Source: Microcoleus sp.
GTDB taxonomy: Bacteria > Cyanobacteriota > Cyanobacteriia > Cyanobacteriales > Microcoleaceae
NCBI GenBank assembly: GCA_042408215.1
Contig: JAYFMW010000007.1
Coordinates: 32,001-96,000, forward strand
Direction of reading: 5' to 3'
Length of the DNA: 64,000 bases
The notes under the pieces are model-generated. The model ran no database searches and was not told the origin of the DNA. It saw only the letters and a program-made list of their open reading frames with translations. Of the stretch, positions 53,411 to 64,000 are shown one piece after another (positions within the stretch are counted from its first letter, which is position 1; every line of letters starts with the position of its first letter). The translations under genes and the position numbers were made by a program.

Positions 53411-54675
53411 ACTTTTAAAACATCAACAAATTCGCCTGGCCAAATCCAGGTTTCCGCTGCTGGTAAAACTGCTAAACCTGTAGTATTTGCCAGGTTAATT
53501 AAATTCGCTGAATTTTGGCTGCCACTAGCCGGTTCAAATTCCCAGACTCCGGCCACTAAATACAGTTTACCCCAAACATAAGTTTCGCGCTTACCAGGCG
53601 ATCGCAATTCAACATTACATCGAGCCCGTACAAACTCCGGCCCCCAAGCATCCGGGCCAAGTCCAGAAATCTTTCTCAAAGCAGGTACGACAAACCGCCA
53701 ACAACATACTAACGCTGAAACAGGATTTCCGGGCAAGCCAAAATAGAGACAATCAGAACTCGCAATTGGCGCATCCGAATTTTCTACATCTCGTTGAAAC
53801 TGAGCAACAGTCAAAGGTTTACCCGGTTTAATGGCGACAGCGCGAATGTGAATTTTTCCACCCAAAGATGCCAAAATTTTCTCAACATAATCGTATTCTC
53901 CTACCGAAACCCCGCCCGTAGAAAGCACTACATCTGCTGTCGAAACAGCCTGGGCAATTGCCTTTGTTAGTTCCTGCTGATTATCGGGAATTATCCCCAA
54001 TCCGATCGCTTCAAATCCCATTTGCGCCAACAAAACGGTCAAAGCGTACTGATTAGAGTCTACCAGTTTTCCCGGTGACAAAGATTGGTCTGGCGAGATC
54101 AATTCATCACCAGTCGAAAAAATTGCCACCCGCAGACGCCGATAAACTGGAACTTGAATACACTGTGCAGTTGCTAACACAGCTATTTCCGAGGCATTGA
54201 TAACAGTACCCGGATTTAGCAAAGGCATTCCTGCTTGATAAAAAGCACCTTTGTGTCTGACAAACGCTTGCGGTTTTTCAGGAGAAACTAAGATGAAAAT
54301 GCGATCGCCCTCACGCCTCGTTTCCTCCTGCATTACCACCGTATCAGCACCAGCAGGCATTACAGCACCGGTAAAAATCCGCGCCGCTTGTCCAGATTGT
54401 ACAGTATGTTGAGGCTGATATCCCGCTGGAATCTCTTCAACTACGTCAAGGGCGATCGGTTTGTCGCTGTTGCAGTTTTCCACATCAGCAAACCGCACCG
54501 CATAGCCATCCATTGCCGAATTGTCCCAATAGGGAAAATCCAGGGAACTTGTCACGGGTGCGGCCAAAACTCGCCCCGATGCTGCCAACAAGTCTACAGT
54601 TTCTACATCCCGCTGACTGTCGAGGGGTTGGGCTAAATTTAGAACTATCGACTCTGCTTCTTGTACTGACAGCAT
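53401..54675 (-). CDS. moeA: Molybdopterin molybdenumtransferase
   Basis: NSAMDGYA, RIFTGA, STGDEL, GGVSVG, GLPGNPVS. Confidence 0.95.
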   Translation of the reverse strand: MLSVQEAESIVLNLAQPLDSQRDVETVDLLAASGRVLAAPVTSSLDFPYWDNSAMDGYAVRFADVENCNSDKPIALDVVEEIPAGYQPQHTVQSGQAARIFTGAVMPAGADTVVMQEETRREGDRIFILVSPEKPQAFVRHKGAFYQAGMPLLNPGTVINASEIAVLATAQCIQVPVYRRLRVAIFSTGDELISPDQSLSPGKLVDSNQYALTVLLAQMGFEAIGLGIIPDNQQELTKAIAQAVSTADVVLSTGGVSVGEYDYVEKILASLGGKIHIRAVAIKPGKPLTVAQFQRDVENSDAPIASSDCLYFGLPGNPVSALVCCWRFVVPALRKISGLGPDAWGPEFVRARCNVELRSPGKRETYVWGKLYLVAGVWEFEPASGSQNSANLINLANTTGLAVLPAAETWIWPGEFVDVLKVSQ

Positions 54676-54788
54676 CACTGTATCCTTGTTTCGATAACAC
54701 TGATTAATTTTAGCAAAATAACACATATATTAGTGATATAATTTTTTAGTGCTTTGACGGTCAAGCTGCATTTTGGTGTGAATCGCTT

Positions 54789-55424
54789 ATGACTATCGAT
54801 CGCTCTGTTGTCAAACTAAATTTTTTCTGCTTATTGCTGGTATTAGTGCTGATAGTTTTTACTCATTTTTCGGGATTAAAAGTCAGAGATTTATTCTTTA
54901 ACCCTTATTTCTCCCCCCATCCCAATGTCGCCTTGTTAACTCGGACATTCCAGATTTTATGTTCTGTACCAGTCATTGTTTGTACTTTTACCTATGGATT
55001 GGCTAAAACTATTCAACCGCGCTCTTGGGAAAATCGATTTATTCTATTTTCGGCTTTGTTAACCGGTGGATTTCTGCTCAATGAAATTTACAGAATTCAT
55101 ATATATATGATAGCAGTAGGAATTCCCAAGCTAGGAGTAAGTTTTTTGTACGCTGTTTTTTTGTCCTCCTACGGATGGTTTTTTCGGCGAGAACTCCAGA
55201 CGACTCCCTACCAAATATTGTTGGCTGGCTTGGGGTTGTTGTTTTTGGCGATCGGCGTTGATGCGCTGAATTTAAAAAGCCAGATAATTTCCAGTTTACT
55301 AGAAGGAGTGCCTAAATTGTTTAGCGAAATCAACATTGCCTTTTATTATTGGTATGTCTGTAAGTGTTTTGTAGAAAAAGCTTTTCATCAAATCATTGAC
55401 ACCTCAGACAAGTGTGTGATATAA
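54789..55424 (+). CDS. Hypothetical multi-pass membrane protein
   Basis: About six hydrophobic segments. Confidence 0.7.
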   Translation: MTIDRSVVKLNFFCLLLVLVLIVFTHFSGLKVRDLFFNPYFSPHPNVALLTRTFQILCSVPVIVCTFTYGLAKTIQPRSWENRFILFSALLTGGFLLNEIYRIHIYMIAVGIPKLGVSFLYAVFLSSYGWFFRRELQTTPYQILLAGLGLLFLAIGVDALNLKSQIISSLLEGVPKLFSEINIAFYYWYVCKCFVEKAFHQIIDTSDKCVI

Positions 55425-55554
55425 TCATAGTACCAGTTATGCCAAAAAAATCTCAATTCCAAACCGCTTTCCCACATCAATATTTATAGCATTTGCATGG
55501 GCGTTGATCCACGTTCATCTGCGGTCAAAACCCAACGCATCCTGATAGCATACC

Positions 55555-56133
55555 ATGATAGCAGTTACCATCAACTTCAACTCGATCGCCCAAATAACCG
55601 ACGACAAATTTTATGAACTGTGTCGCGAAAACCCCGATGTCAAATTTGAACGCAACGCCCAAGGAAAAATAATCATCATGTCACCTACAGGAGGAGAAAC
55701 CGGAAATTACAATTCAGAAATCAATGCTGATTTTGTGATTTGGAACCGACAAACTAAACTGGGAATTTGTTTCGATTCTTCAACTTGCTTCAAATTGCCC
55801 AGCGGTGCAAATCGTTCTCCCAATGTTTCTTGGATCAAAAAATCAAGATGGGACGCACTCACTCCCGAACAAAAACAGAAATTTCCTCCGATTGCGCCAG
55901 ATTTTGTCTTAGAGTTAATGTCGCCGACAGACAGTCTCAAAGACACTCAAGACAAAATGCAAGAATACATGAACAACCAAGTAAAATTAGGTTGGTTAAT
56001 TAACCGCAAAAACCGCCGAGTCGAAATCTATCGCCAAGGACAAGCAGTAGAAATACTGGAATCTCCAACAGAACTATCAGGAGAAGATATTTTACCCGGT
56101 TTTGTGCTAAACTTACAAGCAATCTGGGAATAA
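55555..56133 (+). CDS. Uma2-family (DUF820) endonuclease-like protein
   Basis: FDSSTCFKLP, SPNVSW, APDFVLELMS, KMQEYM, LGWLIN. Confidence 0.92.
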   Translation: MIAVTINFNSIAQITDDKFYELCRENPDVKFERNAQGKIIIMSPTGGETGNYNSEINADFVIWNRQTKLGICFDSSTCFKLPSGANRSPNVSWIKKSRWDALTPEQKQKFPPIAPDFVLELMSPTDSLKDTQDKMQEYMNNQVKLGWLINRKNRRVEIYRQGQAVEILESPTELSGEDILPGFVLNLQAIWE

Positions 56134-56192
56134 CTAGATATCCTGCATCTATCAGCGTTTATTTGCGTTCATCTGCGGTCAAAAAAAATCTC

Positions 56193-56828
56193 ATGGAAAC
56201 CAATACAGAAACCACTGCAACCACTGGCTTAACAGCGGAACAACACAAACAGAAAATGCAGCGCCGCCAAGAAGTGCAATCGCAGCGAATCGCTAACTCC
56301 TCAAAAGAAAAAGGTTTAGTTATTGTCAATACTGGTAACGGGAAAGGCAAAACTACGGCGGCTTTGGGAATGGTAGTGCGATCGCTCGGTCACGGATACC
56401 GCGTCGCCATAGTACAATTTATCAAAGGAGCTTGGGAACCAGCAGAAAAAGCCGTGTTTCAAATGTGGGAAAAACAGCTAGAATTTCATGCAATGGGAGA
56501 AGGCTTTACCTGGGATACGCAAGACAGAGACAGAGATATCGAAACAGCTCAAAAAGCCTGGGATAAAGCTCTAACTTTTATCTGCAATCCAGAATTTAAA
56601 TTAGTGCTTTTAGATGAAGTTAATATAGCATTAAAGCTAGGTTATTTGCAAGCAGAACAAGTCCTAGCAGGGTTAGAACAAAAACCTGAAGAAACTCATG
56701 TTATTTTAACAGGTAGAGGCGCGCCTCCTGCACTAATTGAACGGGCGGACTTGGTGACAGAAATGACTTTAGTTAAGCATCCATTCCGAGAACAAGGAAT
56801 TAAAGCTCAACCGGGTATTGAGTATTAA
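56193..56828 (+). CDS. cobO: Cob(I)yrinic acid a,c-diamide adenosyltransferase
   Basis: TGNGKGKTTAA, QFIKG, LDEVN, LTGR, GIEY. Confidence 0.95.
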   Translation: METNTETTATTGLTAEQHKQKMQRRQEVQSQRIANSSKEKGLVIVNTGNGKGKTTAALGMVVRSLGHGYRVAIVQFIKGAWEPAEKAVFQMWEKQLEFHAMGEGFTWDTQDRDRDIETAQKAWDKALTFICNPEFKLVLLDEVNIALKLGYLQAEQVLAGLEQKPEETHVILTGRGAPPALIERADLVTEMTLVKHPFREQGIKAQPGIEY

Positions 56829-56879
56829 TCAATGTGGGAGCAATTATTCAATCCAAAATCGCCCTAAACCCTGCACTAT

Positions 56880-59423
56880 TCATAACTCTGCTGGTAATAT
56901 TACAGTAAAAGTTGACCCCTTGCCCAACTCACTTTTAACCGTAATTTCTCCCCCTAGCATCAGAGAGTATTTCTGCGCAATTGCCAAACCCAAACCCGTA
57001 CCTCCATACTTGCGGGTAGTCGAAGCATCAGCTTGCGTAAAAGGTTGAAATAACTTCTGTACCTGTTCCGCAGTCATCCCAATCCCAGTATCAGCACAGT
57101 TAAAAATTAACCAGTCAGAATCGTAACTATTCTCGTCGTTTGTAATTCTTTCAACGCTGAATGTAATCGTCCCTTGCTGAGTAAACTTAGCTGCATTGCT
57201 GAGCAAATTAAACAAAATCTGAGTCAGTTTCACTCGATCTGAGTGGAAGTCACCAATCCGATCGGGATACTCAACATTCAGGCGATTGGAGTTTCGCAAA
57301 AATAGTGGTTTAACAGTTGTCGTTACCTCTTGAATTACCTCCGACAGGTCAAAAGTTTCTAAGTCAAGCTCCGTCTGGCCTGCTTCAATCTTTGATAAAT
57401 CTAGAAGATCATTGATTAATCCTAATAAATGATTCCCGGCCTTGTGAATTTTTTCCAAATCAATAACAAAATCATCTTCCCCCAAATCCAAAGCATCTTC
57501 TTGCAGAATCTCGCTGTAGCCGATAATCGCATTTAGAGGAGTTCGCAGTTCGTGACTCATGTTAGCCAAAAACTGACTTTTAGACACATTAGCTGCTTCC
57601 GCCGCTTCCTTAGCCTTGTACAATTTTGCCTCAGCCTGCAAGCGGTCGGTAACATCCTGAGCTAACACTAGCTCAGCTTTCCTGTTGTCAAATACTAGCT
57701 CATAAGAATTAATTTCTACATCAATAATTGTCCCATTTTTCTTCTGGTGTTGGCAGACGCTGGTCAAATCTATTTCCGCATCTACTTGAGATCTATTTTC
57801 GAGGAATCTAGGGAATTTTTCAGGAGCACGAATTTCCCCAACTGTCATGTTGAGAAACTCGTCGCGAGTGTAGCCGTAGTGCTCGACAGCAGCCTGATTG
57901 ACAGCTATAAATTGCAGAGTGTCTAAATCGTAAACCCACATTGGATGAGGGTTATTTTTAAACAATAGTCTGTAGCGTTCCTCGGAAGCTCGCAATTCGG
58001 CTTCGGCCTGTTTGCGTTCGGTAATGTCGCGGACAACAGTGCAAATAATCTCGCGGCCACCGTAGGAAATCACGCTCCCGCTTACTTCTACATCCACGCA
58101 GGAACCGTCTCGGCGCCGGTAGAGAACTTCGCCAATTCTGAATTGTTGGTCGGTCAGCAGCAATTCAATATTGTCGTCAATTAGGTCTTTCGAGTAAGCG
58201 ACGATATCGTAAATAGTCAGTTGTAAAATTGCATCGGGGCTGTAATTGAGCAAGTTTCTAAAAGCTGTATTGGCTTCTAAAAGGTGTTTGGTTTGAGCGT
58301 CCCACAGGAATATACAGTCTGTAGCCTGCTCGACTACGGCTTGGTAGCGCGCTTTTTCTTCAATTTGTTCGTTTTCGGCATTGGCGATCGCACTCAGCAT
58401 TCCGTTGATAGTATTGGCAAGGTCGGACAACTCATCTTCACCAGTCACCGACAGCCGCAGCGACAAATCTTGGCTAGCGCTGACGCAGTTCACCCCCTTC
58501 GCTAAACTGCTGAGCCGAAACAGCACCAGATGCTCTAGTAGCAGCAGAGTACAGCCGATCAACCCCATTCCCGCTAAGATTACAGACACCAGAAGATATC
58601 GCAGACTGGTTTGACCTTGGCGGTATATTTCTCTGGGGAGCTCCACCCGCAGAATTAGTGCGGGTTGGTTGTAAATATCATTGAGTAAAGCGTAACCCGC
58701 GATCGCATCTTCACTCAAAGCCCGCACCAAAATCGGTTTATTTGCCGACAATTTCTCCCGCACTTTTTGGAATTCAGCAGGCAACTCAGGCTCATTAACA
58801 CTGTGTACAATCAGCGGCAGGCGAGTGATTTTAGACAGCTTCGCAATGCCAGCAGCATCCAAATTGCGCCCAAATACCAGGGTGCCTCGAATTGGGCCAG
58901 TGCTTTTAGTAGTGACAATTGGCCGCGAAGTAATCAGCACCGGCCCGGACGGCAGCAGCATGATCCCAGCGAGGCTGCTTTCGGCGTTGGGGTGCTGCAA
59001 TAGCGGGTCGTTAAGAGAAATATGTTGTTTTAATGCCTCTGGAACAGGCGTTACTTGCAGCTTTTTAGTGTCTAAACCTGTACCGTAAACAATCTTCCCA
59101 GAAGTGTTGACAAATACCGCTATATTCACTCTCACATTAGCCAGCCCTTCTGGTACTAGATTTGAGGCAATGAATTCTTTGTTGCGGTTTTGGATAAAGG
59201 CATAGGTATCATCCCAGGCTGACCAGTCTGCAAAGCGGGAGTTGAAGTCATCTGCGGTTTGGCTGAACACGCTCAGCACTCCTTTGACAACCTGAGTGGC
59301 TTCTTGTTCCTCCGCCTTGACGAGGCTACCTAAGAGGATGGTTGAGGATGTGGCGTACAGAACGCCAGTCAATCCAGCAATGGTAATACCAACTATTGAT
59401 AATGTCTTCCGACGCAGTTTCAT
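56880..59423 (-). CDS. Sensor histidine kinase, CHASE4-HAMP-PAS-PAS-HisKA-HATPase
   Basis: [16 protein letters not shown], two PAS regions, [23 protein letters not shown]. Confidence 0.92.
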   Translation of the reverse strand: MKLRRKTLSIVGITIAGLTGVLYATSSTILLGSLVKAEEQEATQVVKGVLSVFSQTADDFNSRFADWSAWDDTYAFIQNRNKEFIASNLVPEGLANVRVNIAVFVNTSGKIVYGTGLDTKKLQVTPVPEALKQHISLNDPLLQHPNAESSLAGIMLLPSGPVLITSRPIVTTKSTGPIRGTLVFGRNLDAAGIAKLSKITRLPLIVHSVNEPELPAEFQKVREKLSANKPILVRALSEDAIAGYALLNDIYNQPALILRVELPREIYRQGQTSLRYLLVSVILAGMGLIGCTLLLLEHLVLFRLSSLAKGVNCVSASQDLSLRLSVTGEDELSDLANTINGMLSAIANAENEQIEEKARYQAVVEQATDCIFLWDAQTKHLLEANTAFRNLLNYSPDAILQLTIYDIVAYSKDLIDDNIELLLTDQQFRIGEVLYRRRDGSCVDVEVSGSVISYGGREIICTVVRDITERKQAEAELRASEERYRLLFKNNPHPMWVYDLDTLQFIAVNQAAVEHYGYTRDEFLNMTVGEIRAPEKFPRFLENRSQVDAEIDLTSVCQHQKKNGTIIDVEINSYELVFDNRKAELVLAQDVTDRLQAEAKLYKAKEAAEAANVSKSQFLANMSHELRTPLNAIIGYSEILQEDALDLGEDDFVIDLEKIHKAGNHLLGLINDLLDLSKIEAGQTELDLETFDLSEVIQEVTTTVKPLFLRNSNRLNVEYPDRIGDFHSDRVKLTQILFNLLSNAAKFTQQGTITFSVERITNDENSYDSDWLIFNCADTGIGMTAEQVQKLFQPFTQADASTTRKYGGTGLGLAIAQKYSLMLGGEITVKSELGKGSTFTVILPAEL

Positions 59424-59499
59424 CTTAGCGAGTGTTTGGTGTCCGTCCGAAAGTTTCAACTTAGGAGCAACTTGATTCGGGTTAGTTGAACCTTGACTG

Positions 59500-60141
59500 C
59501 TATTTTGCCCACACCTCGTCCTGGTGAGCTGCCTTGCAAATACCCAAAATTCGCCGATCGTTGTCGCTGACGGTGGGGATTCGGTGATACTGTTGCAGGT
59601 TTACTGAGTAGGGAGAGGTAGTGCCGTCGAAACTGTCTACTACTGTTAAATTTAACTGAGTTAGTTCTAGAGTGCCGTAAAAACAGTAAAAAGCAGACCG
59701 AGGCAGGTAAAAAGCGCCGATGACCTTGCCCCGCCGCACTTCAAATACAAAATACTCTTTTTTAATTTCGTCTGGCTTGGGAGACTCGCCGTAGAGGTAA
59801 ATCCCATCCCAAGAGCCAATGCTAGCCGCATCGGGCGTCGGATTTGGGAGAGTTCGATCGCTCAAAACCTCAGATTTGAGCTCCAAATGTAGATCCCGAT
59901 CTGGGGTTGGCCAGCCCACCCCAAATTCTGCTGCCGGCAATTTGGCGCTGATGTTATCGGGCGATCGGGCTAGTGCGATCGCGCGAGCTTCTAAACTACT
60001 CGTCAATATCAAATAAGTAAAAACCACTCCTGATCCCAAAACTGAAATTAGCAGCCTCGAAGCGCCCCGCCTGCGACTCGGGTTGCAGAAACTCGGTTTT
60101 TTCAAGCATAAGCTTTCCACAACTAACCTGTTGCTTGCCAT
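59500..60141 (-). CDS. Hypothetical cyanobacterial protein
   Basis: [10 protein letters not shown]...EYFVF...[13 protein letters not shown]; start uncertain because it overlaps a repeat. Confidence 0.65.
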   Translation of the reverse strand: MASNRLVVESLCLKKPSFCNPSRRRGASRLLISVLGSGVVFTYLILTSSLEARAIALARSPDNISAKLPAAEFGVGWPTPDRDLHLELKSEVLSDRTLPNPTPDAASIGSWDGIYLYGESPKPDEIKKEYFVFEVRRGKVIGAFYLPRSAFYCFYGTLELTQLNLTVVDSFDGTTSPYSVNLQQYHRIPTVSDNDRRILGICKAAHQDEVWAK

Positions 60142-60376
60142 TGATATCTTGCACCAGTTTCGATTAAGTTACTCAAAAAAATACTCAAAAAAACCGGTGT
60201 CTGGCTTCAAATCCTGGCTAGTAGCTTGAAGTTACGATCGCCAACCAGGTTCCTGAACTCAGGGTGCCAGATTAGTTTTTACCAATTTGGCGATCGTCCT
60301 GACGATCGATCGGCCATCCAATAACAGTATTCTTCCCCCAGTGCCCAAATCTAAAAAGAGTTTAGATTTTGGGAAT

Positions 60377-61705
60377 CTAAACTCTCACTCTTTTCTCGGA
60401 CATTTCGCGACAATTTCCTACAAATGAGTAGTTGTATCCGTCATTTCTGTAAACCAGCTTAATTTGATTCCTCGAAACGCTAATCACAGTCGTATCGTTT
60501 ACTCGAATATCAAAGTTACCCTTAAACCTTGTAGTTTTAATTCGCTTGCATTTAACCCCCTCATGTTGGCCACCAATCACTGAGATCATATCTCCAGTAT
60601 TCCAACCTTTGACCTTTTGTTTGGGTTTGTAACCCTTGCGAGTCAAACCATATTTATCATTCTGTACAACTTGGCGACTACCCCAACCCATAGCTTTAAT
60701 TAACAAAGGTTGATCGATTGCCAAAGTTAATCCCTGAGTCACATCTCCACAGCAAGCTGCATCTATCCAATGAGCCTTTGGGAAACCCAATTTAGTCCGA
60801 TTGAACTTAGTTAGAGAACCCCGTCCCACATAAATAGGCTCTAGGTTCGTAGCCTTTAAAGCTTTAAGCAAAGCCGATTTAGTCCCATTGACCGCCGTGG
60901 CATCCTTTAATGGTGCTTTAGCTTGACTCATTATTCTTTTCAGAATCTCAGGCTTACCTTTAAGAAAGTCATTGATGTCTTGAGTCCCCTTTTTGGTGTT
61001 GCATTTTTTACAGGCCAAGCAGAGGTTAGAAACGCGGTTGCTACCACAAGAAGCGCGTGGGTTAATATGCTCAACTTGCAACGGTAAATTTTCAGCACCA
61101 CAGTAAGCACATTTGCGATTCCACTTTTCAAGTAAGTATTCTCTCACCTCATAACCTTGCAATTCCCCTTGTTGATATTCCACACCATAAATCTCTGGAT
61201 TTTGCATTTTTTGAGTATCAAAGTTTACCAACTCAAAAGCTATTGACTTAATTGGTGCTAACTTACAAAGGCGATTAACCCATGTCATTGTGGTTAACAC
61301 CCGATGTTGCAAACTGGGAGGTAGCCAACCTTTCGGGCGAGTACGGTTGAAAAATCGTGGTTTCCGATATCGGGTTTTACGATTACGGCGGCTGCGTCGG
61401 ATGGCGCTGCGGGTTTCAAGTCGGGATTTGATAGCTTGCCCCCGATGGGTAAGTTCAGCCCCCCAAATTACTTGGGTTAAGCTCACCAAAGCTAGGCCTG
61501 TAGTTTTACTGCCTGGATCTATGCGAATTTCTATTGGTTCCGGTTGTTCATCAACTGTTTTTTTCAGGATGATTGTAAATGGATACAGCCTGAAAACATG
61601 AGCTTTTCCTGCATTCAATAGCTTTCTAGCTATCACTGGTAGGCACGGGGTTAGAGGTTTTTTGCTGTTGTCAAGTACGAATACTTGATTGGGGGTTTTA
61701 GACAT
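60377..61705 (-). CDS. iscB: RNA-guided endonuclease IscB
   Basis: PLTP (PLMP), RuvC-I IDPGSKTTG, RRSRRNRK bridge helix, RuvC-II E, HNH CAYCG..VEH..NL..CKKCN, RuvC-III HWIDAAC. Confidence 0.95.
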   Translation of the reverse strand: MSKTPNQVFVLDNSKKPLTPCLPVIARKLLNAGKAHVFRLYPFTIILKKTVDEQPEPIEIRIDPGSKTTGLALVSLTQVIWGAELTHRGQAIKSRLETRSAIRRSRRNRKTRYRKPRFFNRTRPKGWLPPSLQHRVLTTMTWVNRLCKLAPIKSIAFELVNFDTQKMQNPEIYGVEYQQGELQGYEVREYLLEKWNRKCAYCGAENLPLQVEHINPRASCGSNRVSNLCLACKKCNTKKGTQDINDFLKGKPEILKRIMSQAKAPLKDATAVNGTKSALLKALKATNLEPIYVGRGSLTKFNRTKLGFPKAHWIDAACCGDVTQGLTLAIDQPLLIKAMGWGSRQVVQNDKYGLTRKGYKPKQKVKGWNTGDMISVIGGQHEGVKCKRIKTTRFKGNFDIRVNDTTVISVSRNQIKLVYRNDGYNYSFVGNCREMSEKRVRV

Positions 61706-61724
61706 GGTTGCGTCTATTCCTAGT

Positions 61725-61934
61725 TAGTAAAGTTTGCCTCGGCATTGTTATTGGTCGGTACTTTCTCAGCAGCACTGGCTTTACAAAATCCTTGCCTGTT
61801 TAACTGCCGAGTTATAGAGCTTGGGGCGGGCACGCACCCCAAGGTATGAACTTGAACGCTTGCCAATAACGAAAGCCTGGACTTACTTAGCCATTTCGGG
61901 GTTTATTCCGAAATGTCTAGGATTTGAGTAAGTC
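61725..61934 (-). ncRNA. omega-RNA (HEARO-like) scaffold
   Basis: GACTTACT/AGTAAGTC stem, GTTATTGG/CCAATAAC pairing, CTTGGGG..CCCCAAG hairpin, TAAACAG..CAGTG, and 3' GCCGAGGCAAACTTTAC, directly upstream of iscB. Confidence 0.85.
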
Positions 61935-61944
61935 TTTTTAGTTG

Positions 61945-62949
61945 CTAGCTAGCTAAGTATTCTCGGACATGAGCTTGGCGGCGCCGCAGGTGGGCGAGGG
62001 CTTGATGTTCTAGCTGCCGCACCCGTTCGCGGCTGAGACTGAGCCGTTCTCCGACTTTCGCCAGGGACAATTCGATGCCGTCTTCTAAACCGAAGCGCAG
62101 AACGATCACATCTCGTTGCTGAGGAGTCAGTTCTGAGATCAGAGTATTGAGGTCTTGTCGCAACAATTCCGAGGTAATGTAATTGTCGGGAGATGCGGTT
62201 TCGTCTTCTAGGAGTTCTTGCAGTTCGGTATCTTGGTTGTCTCCTACCCGCAAGTCTAAAGATACTGGATGTCTGGCCATCAGCAGGTATTCCCGAATTT
62301 GGGAAGGGTGCAGTTCCAACACTGAGGCAATTTCTGTGGGCGTGGGAGACCGGCCCAACTGCTGGGTGAGTTCCCGCTGCACTTTTTTGATTTTGTTGAG
62401 TTTTTCGGTGATGTGAATTGGTAATCGAATGGTGCGGGCGTGTTGGGCGATCGCGCGGGTAATTGCTTGCCGAATCCACCAGTAGGCGTAGGTAGAAAAT
62501 TTGTATCCCCGCATCGGGTCAAATTTTTCGACTCCTCGTTCTAAACCGAGGGTGCCTTCTTGAATTAAATCCAAGAATTCCATGTTGCGTTTCTGGTATT
62601 TTTTGGCGATCGCGACTACTAGGCGCAGATTCGCTTCAATCATCTTCTTTTTGGCGCGCCGTCCTATTTGCAAGATCCGGCTCAGTTCAGCTTCGGTCAA
62701 CTCCATTTCGGCCGCCCACTCTTCGGGAGTCAATTCCCGCTGCCATTCTTTAGCAAGTGCTTGTTTTGCTTCGATTAATTTCATCATTTGCTGCACTTGC
62801 TTCCCGAAGACAATCTCTTCCTCTCGGGTTAGCAGAGGTACTCGACCGATCTCGTGCAGATAGGTACGTACCGTATCCGTTGAGGAGTATGGCCGGGTGC
62901 CCATGCGATCGGCTTTAGCTGTTTTGTTTTTGGGGGTTGTAGTGGACAT
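61945..62949 (-). CDS. Group 2 sigma-70 factor (SigB-like)
   Basis: VRTYLHEIGRVPLL, ANLRLVV, KFSTYAYWWIRQ, SRERVRQ. Confidence 0.93.
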   Translation of the reverse strand: MSTTTPKNKTAKADRMGTRPYSSTDTVRTYLHEIGRVPLLTREEEIVFGKQVQQMMKLIEAKQALAKEWQRELTPEEWAAEMELTEAELSRILQIGRRAKKKMIEANLRLVVAIAKKYQKRNMEFLDLIQEGTLGLERGVEKFDPMRGYKFSTYAYWWIRQAITRAIAQHARTIRLPIHITEKLNKIKKVQRELTQQLGRSPTPTEIASVLELHPSQIREYLLMARHPVSLDLRVGDNQDTELQELLEDETASPDNYITSELLRQDLNTLISELTPQQRDVIVLRFGLEDGIELSLAKVGERLSLSRERVRQLEHQALAHLRRRQAHVREYLAS

Positions 62950-63572
62950 GGGTGAGTATTGCACTCCTTGTAACAACAGATAAAAAGTTGGTGATACCCT
63001 GTCCCACTTTTGCCAGTGGGATAGAAACTGCTACAGGGGGAGGTATTTCCCCTCCTGTTCATCGGTGACGATCGGTAGAAGCTTTTTGTTTGGGATTACT
63101 TTTAAGCTTGATTGTCTAGCAATCCTGGTTGATTTTCGGTAGCTCGCTAGCTTTAACGGCTAGTTCAAGGCGAAGTGAATTTAAGTTTACTTTGCTCAAT
63201 ATTATTCCAAATTTTGAGGTTAGTAAAGGGCAAAAACCTCTGTCTTAAGGTGAACATTCTACATTTTTCCTTAAGGTTTTAGAACCCCTGCTAGTTTTGA
63301 CTGCAATTCCACTTCACAATACTCATGCAAACAGACTCATGCAAACAGAGGGCTTTGTTTTGCTCTCTGTTCTATCATCGCTTGAAATTTAGGCGCTGCC
63401 TAGATGCTCTTATGCGAGATAACCGAACCCGATCTCGTCGTAGTATGGTCGATGTTGAAGGAAGAGGGGGTGAGGGGGTGAGGGGGTGAGGCGTGAGGGA
63501 GAGAGAGGGGGTGAGGGGGAAAAAGAGAGAGAGGGGGTGAGAGGCTGAGGGGTAAAAGCTCCTTACCCCTAG

Positions 63573-64000
63573 CTATCGTAGTTGCAGAAAGTTCTCTAAA
63601 ATTAAGCGTTGCTGTTCTTGCCTTCTTCGTTCCAAAATTCTAACGCGCTAATCCGCAGAGGGTTATCTAACGCTAATTTTTTTAATTCGGCGATCGCCCG
63701 CTGCTGCACTTCTCCTCTGCCCAACATCCTCAACCACATAGTTTCCGGTATTTCTGGCAATTGATGGATGACGACGATCGCCGATCGAAAAGCCGATCCC
63801 AAAAAATACATTCCCTTCATCCAATTTGCTTCGTCTGGGAAAGCCCCAAATCCTGTTAAAAAATCGTCTGAAGCCGTGGGAGTGAGAATCCAAAGCATTG
63901 GGAATGCAGATAAATCCCAGGGAATATTTTGTTTTTTGAATTTCTCTTCTAATTCAACACGTAACTTGAGGTATTTGCCCATACAATCCCACATATCATT
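63573..64000 (-). pseudogene. Partial and probably internally deleted multicopy cyanobacterial hypothetical gene
   Basis: LWILTPTAS, IHQLP.IPETMWLRMLGRG; a family-like tail EQQRLILENFLQLR is out of frame. Confidence 0.55.

Overview
Chromosomal window from a filamentous cyanobacterium. Oscillatoriales (Microcoleus/Tychonema-like) is inferred from gene content, frequent HIP1 GCGATCGC and heptamer STRR arrays. It holds housekeeping and metabolic genes (sat, tgt-psbK, cobS, cobO, ileS with a CAAD membrane anchor, rimM, moeA, mntP, a group 2 sigma factor). It also holds a complete nitrate assimilation operon, nirA-nrtABCD-narB, with two tandem NtcA promoters, a small defence/TA patch (MmeI-like Type IIL RM, HicB-like remnant, DUF433/DUF5615 pair) and an apparently intact IscB with its omega-RNA. 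Intergenic DNA is dense with REP/MITE-like repeats. Two observations stand out. (1) NrtD is fused in frame to a transmembrane helix, 18 Thr/Ala/Pro-rich 8-aa repeats and a TonB/TolA-C-like domain. (2) A family of 85-140 bp non-autonomous IS200/IS605-like hairpin elements has a CAAG guide that predicts TGAC cleavage at both ends. One has stacked four times in tandem inside a sugar O-acetyltransferase gene, one has a single hairpin, and one replaced a gene's C-terminus. All calls come from reading the sequence; no database search was run.
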